From Rhizaria sp. SCN 62-66 (Eukaryota): a stretch of 46,014 nt of DNA. Below are positions 1 through 13,853 of this stretch, piece after piece. Position 1 is the first letter of the stretch. Every line of letters starts with the position of its first letter. The stretch covers positions 62,001 to 108,014 of the forward strand of contig MEDY01000048.1 of assembly GCA_001724265.1 (NCBI GenBank). The letters are read 5' to 3'. The translations under genes were made by a program, and so were the position numbers. Below the pieces are notes generated by a model. The model worked only from the letters and a program-made list of their open reading frames with translations, had not been told where the DNA came from and searched no databases.

Positions 1-3000
1 CGTCGGCGGCGCTGGGGGTGAATGTTGGCGCCGCCGCGTCAAACGGCGACGTCTCCACGCTCGCTTCCAGCACGTCGAGCCGGGGGTCGACGACGACGGT
101 GCCGTGGCCGCTGAGGCGCCGCTTGATGTCCCACTCCAGCATCCCCAGCCGCCGCCACCGGCCGAGCCACGCGCGCGCCGACTCGGCGGGCGGCAGCGCG
201 GCGGCCGCGGCGGCGGCGCGCGCGGCGAGGGCGTCGGCCGAGTCGTCGCTTGGGTCGGGGTCGCTGCGGACCACAGCGGCGCTCACCACGAAAGCACTGC
301 TTGCGCTGCTGCTATCAGCCGTACCGCCTAGGAGATTCCCGCTCGTGCTGCTGGTGATGCTGTTGTTATTGGGGTTGGTGGGGATTGCGGAGAGGTCGGT
401 TGCGAAGAGATCGGCCTCACTGTCGCTCGCATCTGTTCCGGACACAGGATCCCAGTCATAGCCGCAGCCGTCGCCGCCGTTGTCGACGTCGCCGCCAGCA
501 GCAGCGCCCACGCTCTTGCCTCCCCACAGAGCGAGATGGCCGCCGCCGCCGCTCTTGCTGTTGCGGGAGCTGTTCTGCTGTGGGACGGGCGGCAATGTGC
601 GGGGGTAAAAGCCCTGTGTGTGCGTGTTGACGATCTCGGTCACCGCGGCCGGGGTTAAGAACAGCGGGCCGCTAGCGCTCGCAGTCGCGCTCGCACTCGC
701 AGCGGGGGAGTTCGACGACTCAGCGGCACTACTGCTACCACCCTTACCCGCGCCCGCAGTGGCAGCATTAGAACTAGAGCTCGAGCTAGAACTAGAGCTC
801 GAATTAGAGTTGTTGTTGTTGTTGTTGTTGTTGTTGTTGCTGTTGGCGGGTGTGTAGGATTCGATTATGGTGAGCATCGACCGCATGTCGCCGTCACCGC
901 CTTCACCGGGACCCAGAACCACCGCGCCCGCGCCCGCGCCGGGGCCAGCGTCCACATTCGCACTCGCCGTTGCAGTCTTAGCTGTGGAGCTACCGGTGCT
1001 GTTTGGAGTGGGAAGGACTGTGAGGATGGGCGAGCGGCTCGGGCTGCGACTAAGAGCGGCAATAGCGCTGTTACTCGCACTTCCACTAGAGCTAGAGCCA
1101 GTGCTAGAGCCAGGGGGATTGAAGCTGAAGCTGCTCAGAGTCGTCGTTGTCGTAGTGGCACTGTTCCCGTTGCTGAGTGTGATAGGGCTAGGACTGGGGA
1201 TGTCCGAGGGTTTCGGCGTCGGCAGCGTAAACGCGTCGCTTACACCGCGATTAGCATCACTGGCAGCGTTTGCGCGGTCAGACTTCGCGCTCGCGCTCGC
1301 GCTCGCGCTCACGCTGTTGCTCTCATCGCCGTTGTTGTTCTCGCTGTTGCTGCTGCTAGATATGGCCGTGGTAAGCGCGGCAGCGCTGCTCCTGTCGACT
1401 TCGTAGGGGGACTGGGGCGAGGTGGGGCCGCTGGTGAGACCGCAGGAAGCAGCGGAAGACAGTGCAAGCGCTATGGCGTCGGGGCCGTTGTCCGCGTCGT
1501 CGTCGCCGCTGCCACCCGCCCTGCCAGTCTTGGCCTCCGTCTTCGGAGTCGCCCTCGCAATCTCAGCGCTCGCACTCGCGGTCGCGGTCGCGGCGTCGGG
1601 CGGCGTCGTTACGTCGACAGTCTCTGGCGTGGTCACGGTGTCGGTGTCGGTCTCGGCCACAGTCACTGAGGGCGACTGCTGGGTCACAGCATCACTCAGC
1701 GCCGTCGCGGTTGCAGTCGCGGTCGCCGTCTCAGTGGTGGCAGGTGACTGTGCGTCGTCGGCGATGACAGTAACGGCCGCAGTCTCAGTCGCAACGTCAT
1801 TGGCTGAGACGTCGGCATCGCCACTCGACGCAGAATCAGCTGTCTTGTTGCCAGCATCAGCGCTCGAAGCCGTCTTGTTTGACTCACTGTCGGCAGCTGC
1901 AGTCGCTGGGGCACGAACATCCTTGCTCGCCTCAGTTGCGGTCTCAGTCTCAGTCGCTCTAGCGGCCTCGGCATTGCTGTCAACAGCAGCCGCATCCCTA
2001 CCCTCTGCATTGGCAGCACTTTTGCTATCGTCGCCGCCACTGCCAGTGAAGAACGCAGCGAAAGCCGCCAGCGCTCGGCTCATTCCACCCTCGCCTTCGC
2101 TGTTGCTGCTAGCGTCCTCCCTCTCATCTGTCTCAGCCTTCTCCTTCTTGGCATCAGCCTCAGCCTCGGCATCTGCGTCCGCCTTTGCCTTGGCCTCAGC
2201 CTCGGTAGCAGCCTTCTTAGCTTCGGCCTCAGCTTTGGCCTTAGCCTCAGCTTCCGCTGCAGCAGCGGCAGCAGCAGCGGCAGCAGCAGCAGCTTCAGCG
2301 GCCTCAGCCTCCGCCTTTGCCGCCGCCGCCGCCTCCGCGGCCGCCACAGCCCCCGCCAGCCTATACGTCGCCGACCTCCGGCCGACCCCGGGACACCCGT
2401 CCCTGTCTTTCTGCGAGAAGGCCATCAAATCCCCCGGGCGCGGCACGGGCACAAGCACCTCCGCCGAGCCCAGGTAGGCGGTGCCGGTGAAACCGCCAAC
2501 GGCGATGAGTGCGCCGAGACCGGGCAGTGCGGAGAGAGTGAAAGAGCTGCGGCGCTCCAGCAGGGCCGAGCCACGGCGCCAGGTGAGCGAGCGCGGGTGG
2601 AACACCTCCACGGTCTGAACATACAAAGAGAGAGATCACGTCAATCAATTGAGAAGGTTAGTAAAACGATAGAAGTAGATTTAAATATGGAACAAAAACA
2701 TCTAACAAAATGATATATTTTTAGTTTAAAATGTGAACATTATCATCGTCAAATATTAAGCTCTGAGACGTACCCTGTGGGTGGTGTTGCGGTCGTGGCC
2801 GCCGGCGACGTAGGCCCTGCCGTCCAGCACCGCGGCCCCCGGCCACGCGCGGGGGCTCTGCAGCGGCGGCAGCGCTTCCCACTGCCACCGTGGGGTCTGC
2901 ACTGTGGGTAGCGGAGGGAGACCGCCGTTGTAGAGCACGCTGTCGCCAGTATCAGCGGCTCCGGCGCGATCAACAGCAGAGCTCGCAGCGGTGTTAGTCT

Positions 3001-6000
3001 TGCTATTGTTGTGGCTCAGGCGGTGTGTGTGTCCGCGGACGAATGCGTCGTGGTATTGTAAGTAGAGCGCAGTGTAAGGGTATGCCCAGGGCCACATGGC
3101 ACGGCCGTAGCCCTTGGCGTTGCCCCCAGTCATCCGACGATCGCCAACTGTCGCCACATCGCGGTCACTCGCACTAGGGTTCAAAGCCGGGACGAGAGCA
3201 TTAGGGCCAACAGCAGCAGCAGCACTGATGACAGGATCACTGGCAGTAATGGTTGCGTTGGGTCCTAGAGTCACAGTGGTTGTCATGTTATTGTTGCTGC
3301 TGGAGAGAGGCACGGTGGAATTGGACGCACTGTCATACAACTTTGCGAACGCAAACGGGTTCACTGCGACCGGAGGCTTCCATGCACCGGGAGACACCAC
3401 AGTGCTGTTGTTGGTGTTATAGCTCTGAGAACCCGTGACGGCGGTACCCGTGGGGGCACCCGTGACTGTGATGTTGGTCAGAGGTACGCGGTTGCCCGCG
3501 CCGGTGCCACTTGTGTACGCGTACACGGGCACGATGGCAGCGGCCGCGTCTTCGCTCTCAAGCACGGGCGATAGTAAAGAGGCGGGGGGAGCCACCGGCG
3601 GCACGCGCGTCACCGCCGGCGCCGCCGCAGTCTGCGGAGGAGTATTCGTCATACTCGAACCGCTCGTTGCGGCAAGAGCAGTGGAGCCCACAGTCGCGTG
3701 GTGAGGAGTGACGCCATCACTACTAGCGCTATCGTTGGCATTACTACTGCTGTTGTTGTTGTTGCTGTTGTTGTTATGGTGAGAGTCAAGTGCGAGAGCG
3801 AACGTGTCAGGAGCGAGCTTGGGATCGAATGCAAAGCTAAGATCAACCGCACAATCGCACTCGGCAGCAGCGCGCGCGTCGGGAGACGACTCACCAGCAG
3901 CAGTCCCGCTCGCCGCATCAGCGTTCGCCGTGTTAACAGCGTTAGTGGCTTCGCCGTGAGTCAGGGGGCAGAAGCAGAGGCACAATCCAAGTGCAGCAGC
4001 AAGCTCACTGTCACTCATGTCTTGCGGCTTCACCCGCTTCACAGCCGGCTTCACTGTCGCGTCCGGCTTGCTGTTGTTGTTCTCGGAGTGTGACTGGGAC
4101 TGAGACTGAGACTGAGACTGGGGCACTGGGGACTGTGTCGGCGTGAGCACGGTTAAATCCGCGACAGAGCTCGCAACAGGGCCCGCAACAGCAGCGACAG
4201 CGGCGACAGCAGCGGCGACCACGCCGGCAACGGGAGTGACCGCGATCGCAGCGGCAGTGCTACCATTCTTGCCGTCAATGCCGTTATTGCTGCTGCCGTT
4301 GTCGCTGTGACGAGCGTTGTCCTTGTTGCTGGTCGGCCCGTCGTCGTCGACGTCGCCCAAAGCGCCGGATTCTGACCTGGCCCAGCCGGCGACAGTGCCA
4401 GCGACAGCGGCCGTCGCAGCGGCGAGCACGCTCGCAGCAGTTGCCCCAGTGTCACCGCTCGCACTCGCGCTCGCAGCCGCATCAGCAGCAGCTTTGCTGC
4501 GCTTTGAGGCATCGTCGCCGTCGTCATCGTCATCGTCATCATCGTCATCAGCCGCGGCGGCAGCGTCGTCGCTGATGCTATCATTATTGTCATTCTCCGT
4601 CGCACCCGTATCGCTGCTCTTACTGCTGTTGTTGTTGCTGTTGCTGTGGCTGCCTTGGCCAAACCGCGAGTGCGAATGGGACCGGGGCGAACGGCGCGGC
4701 AACGGGGGCTCTGAGTCCGCGACCTCGGACGCAGTCGGCGCACTCCTAACCGCGCCCGCACTCGCATTCGCGCTCGTGCTTGCGCTGGCGTTGGCGATAG
4801 GGCTGGCGGTAGGGCTGGCCTTGGGAGACGTCGTCGTTAGCTCGCCGCCTTCGGTGATCGCGGCAGCAACACTCGCACTGGCGTCGTTCTTGCTATCAGC
4901 GGCACTAGTACTGGCACTATTCGAGGTGGTGCTGTCGGCGGCGGCGTATTGGGCCTTCAGCGCCTTCACGGCAGCCTTGCGCCGCGCAGCAATGCGGCCG
5001 TCACGCTCAGCGCGCTTGGCACTGACCCAGGCACGCAGCACAGCGATAGCACGCCTAGAGATATTTATTATCACAGCACGAAGCGAAGAATAAAATAAAT
5101 ATCCAACAGTATGCGTGAGAGAGATTTAAAAACAGCAACAATAGATTTGAACGACAACAAAAATATAATTCTGTTTCGTGGCATTAAACGCTGTAATACG
5201 ACACGAATCGAGCTAAAATAACAATGATTGTCAAAGCAAAGACTTTAGAAAGCATTTTTCGGTATTGCGTCTGAGATATCTCGATAGATTGACGTACCGT
5301 GCAACCTTCCCGTCAACTGCCGCGGCCGCCTCAGCCCTTTTGCGCGCCATGAACCTGTCCCTGGCGAGGTCCAGCAGCTCGACCGACCGCAGTTCACCGA
5401 GCGAGTCCGCGCCGCCCGCCACTAAAAGAAAGCCGCCTGGGAGGGCCAGCGCGGCGTGCGCGCGCCGCGGATGGCGCAGCGGCGGCAGCCGCGCCCAGCC
5501 CTTGGTCGCCGGGGTCAGCGCAAGGACTTCCCCGGTGAAGTCGGTACCCGTGGTGCCACCGGTGAGGTACACACGGCCCGTCTCGCGAACAGTCGCAGCC
5601 GCCGCACCGGAGCGTTGCGCTTCCAATGAGCACAAAGTGCGCCAGCGGAAAGAGCGGAAGTCGAAGTAGTCGACGTTGCGGAGGTGGGAGCCTGATCGGG
5701 CCATGCCACCGAGAGCGAAGACGAACGGAGCCGGGTGGCCGCCGGGAGGCAGTGTGACCGCAGTGCTACTACTGCCATTGTTGCTGTTGTAGGTCAAGAG
5801 AGAGGAAGGCAGGGGAGCGGGAGCGAGAGCGAATGCGTGGCGGTAACGGCCGGCCGCAAGGTTGACCAGGGGCACGAGTTGGCGGGAGTCGAGGTCAAAC
5901 AACTCGAGGTTCTGTGTGCGTTTGTGCGCGTGTGCGATCAAAGAAGGAAAAACAAGAAAGCAAGTGTAAGAAAGAGAGGACAATATCAAGTGAGTTGATT

Positions 6001-6608
6001 TTCACGTAGAACAGTCAAATCCAAACGCCAAAATATATAAATACTCGTTAAATTCGTACGTCTCACGTAAGTATCGAATAAATATCTAATTTTGTCCTAA
6101 TTTTGTTGAATATATTAAGACGTACGCCTGTGGAAAACATGCCGCCGAAGCCGCCGCAGACGAGGAGGGCCTCTGCATGCATCCAATAGTCCCACACTAG
6201 CTCTAGTACAGCGTCAGACAGCACACACTGTAACTGCTGTTGTGAAAAGGGTGATTGTGACTGGGTGACGGGGAGTGTGAGGGTGCGCTTCAGAAGCATG
6301 AGGCAGTTTTGACGCCAGATCGTGTCGAAAATCGCATCTACAACGCAAAGCCAGACATCACAAATGAAATATATTGTATGTGAGTAAGAATTGAAATATA
6401 TTTCTGAGGTTAAACAATCCTGAGCATTGTTGTTTCGAGATATAGCGGGGAAAAACGTACGGGGCACGTCGTGGATGGTGAGACGGCGCTGAACGACCTG
6501 GTTGGTGCCAGCGGAATCGCCGTTGTCTCCGGGGTCAACGGTGCCGTTGCGGCACGCGTCGACATTGGGGTTGCAGGAGCCGCCGTCGTTGCTGCCGGTG
6601 TTACCCAT
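1..6608 (-). CDS. Kelch-repeat protein with very large low-complexity insertions; 3'-partial. Exons 6608-6461, 6337-6126, 5911-5298, 5054-2774, 2614-<1
   Basis: Splicing at four GTACGT...AG introns keeps the frame and rebuilds kelch motifs across junctions (LVCGGFGGMFSTG|NLELFDLDS and YVAGGHDRNTTHR|TVEVFHPRSLTW). Other kelch motifs are FALGGM..VDYFDFRSFRW, YLTGG, LVAGGAD..SVELLD and IAVGGFTGTAYLGSAEV. I checked by eye that the last exon is open to base 1. The N-terminus MGNTGS fits an N-myristoylation pattern. Confidence 0.85.
809..838. repeat. (GTT)10 microsatellite encoding poly-Asn on the minus strand
   Basis: Directly visible; lies in the coding frame of the last kelch-gene exon. Confidence 0.9.
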
Positions 6609-7829
6609 GGCAGAAACAGAGGGGCACTCAGTGCGGGAAAACTTGCTTCGTGAATAGCGTGGGAGAGAAGCTTCGGGCTAAAGGAGGGTAGAGCTGATGA
6701 ACAAGCAGGGTGACAGGAAGATAATAAGCGACTTAGTTAAGTAATCCATTATATTCTAATATAATCAGTCATATTAACTCGTAAATCCCACTTGTTTTAT
6801 CTCAAATACGTGGTTGAACGCCATATATCGGGATTCGCGTGGGAGGAGCGATGGTATCATCAGGCTGCTATGAGAGCAGATAAGATATCGCCCCGCAGGC
6901 AGTATAAACTGTATCTGAAGAGTAAACTAATTTAGGGGAATACTCTTAAGTACAACGGGATATCGGCGGAAAGCGGTCAGTCGTAGTTACGGAAATTTGA
7001 AGGCACTGCAGCAATTCCAATTCGCCTCTCAGTCCGAATCCTCTCGCTGCGACACTGCTTGTGGTCCCAACCCCAGTTTACGGGTTTATATCAACGTAAC
7101 ATGCGCATCATTAAATTTGACAAGTGTCTATCGGCTTTTATTTGTGCGTTAATTACTTAGTTACGTTTGTACTGTGAATTAACATTCTTGTGACTTGCAC
7201 CACTCAGAAACACATTCTCCGCCCCTCTTGCACGGTCAACAAGACGGACTGAGAATATTGGCGTTACATCATGCAACGTGGTCTGAATCAATTCATATAG
7301 AGAAAAAACGCACGTATCATTGAGATTAAGTTGTACAAAGGTCGCCGTATTGCTTTGAAAACAACGTTGCGCTAGTTTTTTGTCATATCGTCAGTTACAG
7401 CTAAAGCAGTCACGGCAGGATCACGAACAAGCATTGATAATACATAACGCATATGTATGCATAATACGCGGAAGTCTCACTTTCTCCCCCAGTAGAAGAT
7501 AAGCCAACCTCTATGACGCGCTACAATCAAAAAATATCACAGAATACGTAATAGCAACACGGAGCAGTCACTTCGCAGTCTCACGGCAGACTGTCAGAAG
7601 CATCTAAAACACCGCGGTTGGATCTAATATGGACACCATAAGAGACGCCTAACAAAATGAAACAAACGTAGAATACGGTAAAATAAAATCAATGTAAATA
7701 ATTACTGTTATTTAACAAAAAGCAGTTTTGTCGGGTCTCAATCTGTGCTAACTTAGAACCTCAGAAGACAACAACAGAACTCATGCAGCTCACAGTCACT
7801 CAATCAGTCAGTCAATCAGTCACGCGTGC

Positions 7830-10800
7830 TTAGAGCCCGCCCTTGAGCGAGCGCGAGGTCGACGGCGGCGAGTCATCGTCATCATCTCTATCCCCCGCAG
7901 TGCTACTGCTGCCGCTACCACTAGTGCCGCCGGTATTGTTGCTGTTGAGATTGCTGCTGTAGCTGTTAATCCGAACCGTGTCGGGGTATTCGTCGTTGTA
8001 GTCGTCGCCGAGACTGCGGCGCAGCTCCTTGCCGGCGGCAACGCGCGCGCAGTCCCAGTCGTGGTCGTAACCAACGCTGGGAACCTTGCTCATGGTCGCA
8101 CTCAAGCCGTGCTTGGCGTCAAACTCCTGAAGGGTTTAAAGAATAGGATTGGAGATATATGTGAGACTACCTCTTTAAAATGATACAAATCAATTTAAAA
8201 TAACATTTACTGATTGAAAATGATGATATTATGCTAAAATAGTACTATATAGAAGAGATATTTTTGCTTTCATAAACATACCTGGTCCCACATGACCGCA
8301 TTCCTGTGGTCGATATCCTTGTGATAGACCGCGCCGACGCAGATCTCCGGGAGCTCTTCCTCCGCGCGCGCCTCCACCACAAACGCGATCGACATGGCGA
8401 TCTTATCAAACGCCTCGAGTGCGGACTGCGCTGCCTTGCGTGCGATGTAGCAGTACTCGTGGACGTCGACGCAAACTTCGAGGTAGTTACGGCCACGGTA
8501 CCAGCGCTGGTGCACGGGGCCGGTCAGGAACGGAGTGGCGTTGTACTTCTGCAGTGTGTTGGTAACCAGCCCGCCCAGGGGCAGCTCGGACAGGTTATCC
8601 ACGACGGGGATGCCCTTCATGCGGCCCTTAAGCGTATCCTTGGTCGACTTGAGCGAGGGCTCCTCAGCCAGTTGTTCGAGCATATTAACCGTACCGACGC
8701 CGGCGTCACGCTTGGCGGCAAACGCGCGGCGCTTGGCACCGCGGAGAGCAAAAGTGTAGACGAGTTGCAGTGAAGGGCCATCGTACTTGGAGCTGAACAC
8801 CGACGGCGAATACTCAGCGCCCTTGGTTTTGGATTGAACAAAAAGAGATAAATAGAGGCATATATAACATCGATTAGAAACATAAATAAGAAAAAACATA
8901 CAATACACAAATGCAAATTAATGGATTGATTAGAACTCAATAATAGTGCGACAGATAGGAAGTCGTACCTGGAAGTTGATGACGAGGTAGGGCGGGAAAT
9001 ACAGGTCATCGGCGGGCGCCCACAGCTCTGCGATATCCGCCGCCAGATCATCCGGCATCGGCGCCGCCGCCGCACCGGGGCCCGACGCGCGCAGAGCGTC
9101 ACAGCGGTCCTGGATGTCTTTGGGGAGCGCGAGCGGAAGCTTACTGCAGATGTTATCGATCTTGAGAGGCGAGCGGTAGACGTCCATCGCCACCAGCTCC
9201 AACAGACTCTCCTCAGAGGGCGCCTTGAGGCGGTTTGACCGGTAGCCGCGCTGCCGCACGCTGTAGCTGCGCGCATCGTGCTCGCGGACGACGGCGCCCG
9301 GCAGCAGCGACACGGGGCGCCGCGAGGGCCACATGTTCGTCAGCTGCGGCAGGGCGTCCAGCGTCCACTTGGACCGCGGGATGCCGGCCAGGGCGAGGGA
9401 CTGGGACAGACGGGCCAGGGCAGCCGCGCTAGCGCTGGGGGCGGCACCTGCGGCGGCGTTGGCGCGCGGGAGGGCAGAACCCGTGACCGTGGGTGTCGCG
9501 CCGACTGTGGGCACAGAGCCGTTGGGGCCGGTGCTCGTGACTGCGGTACTCGTGACCGTGGGTACTGGTGAGAGAGTGGTGCTCGCGCGCGGGGACGGCG
9601 ACGGCGAAGGCGCGGGCGACACCGTCGCACCTGACGACAGCGTACCGTTCGCGTTCCCACTCGCCCCAGGCGCAGAGGAGGCAGGAGCACCAGCGGTAGT
9701 CACCGCAGGGACGCCAGCGCTATTGGTATTTCCGGCAGCCGCAGACTTGAGGGTGCGGCGGCCAACCAACGGGGTCTTCCCAGTGCCCGCAGCAACGCTA
9801 CTGGCGTTACTGGTACTGCTGGCAGAAGTTATGGGAACGAGAGTGACGGACGCACGGGGAGTCGGCTTCTTAGCGAGGCCTTCGATGCGGAACTCTGCAA
9901 TCGAGCCCATGCCCGCGCGACTGGCGACGAGCAGCCAGAACATCGCCCAGAGACCCAGCATGAGCCGCACGTAGGGGTCCTCCAGTCCCGGTGACAGGGC
10001 CCACGCAGCCGGCACTGCCGAGCCGGCGAGCAGCAGCAGCAGCGGCGCGGCGGGGACACGAATGGCCAGTGTGGGCGACGACGACAGCAAGGTGGTGGAG
10101 CCGCCGGTGCCGGGGCCGGAGCCGGGAACGATCGGCGCTACTGGCACGCCGTTGCTACCGCCAACTCCGGCGTTGTAGTTGTTGTTGCTGTTGTTATTGT
10201 TGAGAGCGTGTGTGTTTGAGACCGTGAGAGTGCCCGCGGACAGCAGCGAGTGGAGGCCCAGCAGCGCCGAGACCTCCCGCGGGTCGAGCAGCTGCAGGCG
10301 CCGTGCCAGCGCGACTGCAGCGGCCGACAGCGGGGGCAAGCCGGTCGCGTTCACGGCCACGCTTGCCGGGGGCTGAGAGTCTTCGCCTGTGGCGGCCATG
10401 GACGCGGAGGCGGCGGCGTTGGTGGCGGCGTAGTAACGGCCGGAGGCGGCGGCAGGGCCGCTGATGTTGTTGTAGTACACCTGATGCTGCTGCTGCTGCT
10501 GCTGCTGGTATTGCTGGTGTGAAGAAGATGAGTGGAGGTGGTTGACAGCGATCATACCGAGAGAACTCGTGCCCATGCTCACGCCCCGGCTGTGGCCAGA
10601 CGGCGACGACGACGCAGACACAGACGCAGCGCCGGCAGCGGCAGCAGAGGCGGAGGCAGCGGCGGTAGCGGAGGCGGCAGAGCCAGCGACGGGGGGGCTT
10701 GAAGTCGAGGCGTAGGGCGGCAGCGTCGATAGAATCGCCAACGGGTGGCCTGAGCTACTCGCCGAGCCGCCACCGCCAGCGGTACTCATGGTACTCGTGA

Positions 10801-12679
10801 TGCTCGCGTTGCTCGTGGGAGAAAAGACAAACGACCCACGGGTGGACGCAGTGGAGACCGGCGTCAGCGGATGTGGCTGCGACTGGGACAGCTGCTGGCT
10901 GTTGGAAGGCACAGGCAGCTGCAGCAGAGGCAGCGCAACCGCAGAGTTGTTAGCGTTGTTGGAGCCAGCACCAGCGCCAGCGCCGGCGTTGGCCGCGAGT
11001 TGTGATGCGGCGGCGGCGTTTGTGAGCGCACCGGTCTGAGACAGGCCGCGCGCCGACAGCGACGGCGACTGCTGCTGCTGTTGCTGCTGCTGTTGTTGCT
11101 GCTGCGAGAAAGTGACACGACGGCCCTTTTGCCCCGAAGTCGGCGAACCCCTGACCGCGCTCGCGCCGTGGCCACTCGCACTACTGCTCGCAGCAGTTGC
11201 ACTCAGAGCAGAACCTGCGACCGGACCCGAGGCACTCGTGCCCGCGGGTCCAAGCTGCAGCGGCGCCAGCGTCAGGGACAGCGATCCGCGGCTAGTCGCG
11301 CTGCCGCCGCCAGTACTCGCGGAACCCGTGAGTCCCGTGGCGGAGGGGGAGTTGGGCGCGGAGGGCTCGCCGGGAAGGAAGTAACTCTCATCAACGATCC
11401 CGCCGCTGACGGCACCAGCACCGGCGGTGTGGAGCTGCGTGTAGCTGAGGCCGCTGTGTCCGTAGCTAATGCCGCCGCTCTGGCTGTGGCTGTGGCCGAG
11501 CCCGAGGCTGCCTAGGGTGACCGTTGCGGGGGCGCCTGGAGCCACGACCAGCGGGCCAAGCACGCCGGAGCCCATGCTTGCATTACCGCCGACGCCGGCG
11601 TTGTTGCTGCTGCTGGAGCCAGCGAAAGACGCGGAGGAGAGAAGTGCTTCGGCGGCACCGACGTAGGCACATGTGCCCGCGGTCGCGCCCCCCGGGGCAA
11701 CGGGAACCCCTGACCCTGCCGCCCCCGTCCCCGCTGCTGCCGTCGCTGAACTGGAGCTAGAGCTGGAGCTGGCGCTCGAGGTGCTGAGATCAGAGACGAA
11801 AGAGTTGAAGTGGCGAGTGTGTCCAACGCTGCCTCCGCCGTGGGTACCACTACTAGAACTGGCGCTCGAACTCGAGCTGTCGGTGGGAGCCCACGTGGCG
11901 TTGTTGTTAGCGGCAGCGTTGTTGTTGTTACTGGCGGCGGCGTTGGGCGCGGTCAGAGGCACGACGAACGAGGGGCGGGCTGAGCGACTAGAGGGCTCAC
12001 TCACGCTCACGGTCATACTCGTGGTGCCAACGGTACCCGTGGGACCCGCGCCTGCCGCTGCGGTAGTACTCATGAGTGCACCCCCGGTCGAGGCGTCGAC
12101 ACTGGGGCCCACGGCAACAGGGAGCAGAGCCAGAGGGCCAGCAACAACTGCACCAGAGCCAGCGCCAGAGCCAGAGCCTGAGTCTTTGTGGTCAAACTCG
12201 GCGCTATTGTTGTAGTTCTGGTCCGAGTTAGAAACGGCGTTCGCATTGGTGTTGTAGCTGTTGGCAACAACAATGGCGGGCTGTGAGGGCGCGAACTCAG
12301 CGCCCACGGCAGTGGCGGCCTCTGCAGCGTTGTAGTTGGGGTCGCCGAGGGCGTACGCGGTGATGACGGAGACGAGCCAGGACTTGACGTTGCTCAGATC
12401 GAGCGTGGGGGGCATCGCCCGTACCAAGTCGACGGTGAGAAAGCGCCACTCGTTGGCGAGGATGTCCTCGTAGCGGTGTCCGTAGGCGACGATGTAGAAC
12501 GGGTGCTCGCCCTTGGTGATGATGCGGAACGCGGCGCGGTGGCCGGGACGAGAAGGCTTGCCGTCCTTGCGCATCTGCAGTGTGTAGTAGTCGGATGTTA
12601 CGGTGGTGACATCTTTGTAGGAGGAGAACCAGGAGGAGCCTGTCACGGTGGTGCGCTCCAGGGGCTGGATCAACGGCAT
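7830..12679 (-). CDS. ~1515 aa protein with a C-terminal EDR2-C (DUF1336)-like domain, a probable TM hairpin and a long disordered middle. Exons 12679-8969, 8821-8282, 8126-7830
   Basis: Motifs match the EDR2 C-terminal domain: YSVRQRGYRSNRLKAPSEESLLELVAMDVY, YLVINFQ|GAEYSPSVF..DGPSLQLVYTF, GRMKGIP, KYNATPFL, YRGRNYLEVCVDVH, AFVVEARAEEELPEICVG. Two phase-0 introns; the first acceptor is AAG and is less certain. Stop is TAA at 7830-7832. Confidence 0.8.
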
Positions 12680-13853
12680 TGTGGGGCGGGGGGGCGTCAA
12701 ACTTGCGTGTTGAACCAAACGAACTGACAAAGAGAAAGGGCGAGAGTCAGCGCAAAAGAGGGGCGATTACGATGAGACAGCAAGTACGCGGAAAGTGCGG
12801 AGGTGTCAAACGCGTAAGAGAACGCTGTGGTGTGCGAGTGAGAGTGTGGCAGCGAGGGCGCTCGAAGTAAAGAGCTGGCGAAAGCGAAAGAGCAAGGGCC
12901 TGTGCTCAGCTCCGGTTCGCACACGCGGAGGAATGTAGCGGGGCGAGAAAGCAAAAGAGCGCGGTGTCGGGAAGAATAACGCGCTGAGAGAAGTGTTGGC
13001 TATGTGGGCAAAATGAAATCGAGAGAATAGAGGCAGAGAATGGGGGGTCGAAAGTGAGTGGGGAGATTCGAAGGGTCGCAGAAACAGACAGTGGCGAAGT
13101 CAAGAAATCGTCCGGCACAGGCGGCACACGCACTGCTAGGAAAACAAATATTCCGAATAGATGGCAGACAAGACGCACAATGCCGCATGACTAAACAGAA
13201 GCGCTTGGGGAATTGGTATCGAAAGCTGGAAGAGAGGAAACACTGGAGCAAGGAAGGGCGGTGTGGGCATCAGCGTGACGCATTGAACGGGCCAAAAACT
13301 ACGCATACGCACGACAGAACCGTGCAGAAATTATTGCCCACATACCACCCTCACGCCCAACAGATCATCCCAAAACAGGACTTCTTGTGCACCACTCTGC
13401 GCCGAGATACACCGCTTTATCGTCCAGCCACTCGCCTTCCTCGATCAATCCCGTCGCCCCCCTCGCAGGCACCAGCAGCTTGTGGATGTGGCTGGCCAAC
13501 CACGATCTTGCTTTGTCACATCAACTTGAGCGCACATTAAAACGCGAACTATGCATCGAAATCGCACAGGAGTGTGCATATAACAAGAAAACCTAGAATT
13601 TGATCATGCCATGCAGAATTTAAAAGCGAAAGCGCACAAAAAAACGGATATTTATTCGTTTCCAACAGTAACAAACAATAAGAAGAATAAGAAATCACAC
13701 AGAAAGTTCCCAGGAGGCCAAGACATATTAAATCAACTCAAACCAACCTCCCTTTTCACTCAAAACCACTTGCTATCACTCAATGCCCACGCAGTCTTGT
13801 TTTCACAGCTGCCCGATAGCATTTCGAGAGCGCATATACCCGCGATATTCCAT

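Noticed and set aside
18-5093. Long plus-strand ORFs (867-1406, 1422-2477, 4317-5093 and others)
   Set aside because: Antisense shadows of the low-complexity kelch gene; Leu/Ala/Val runs and no domain motifs.
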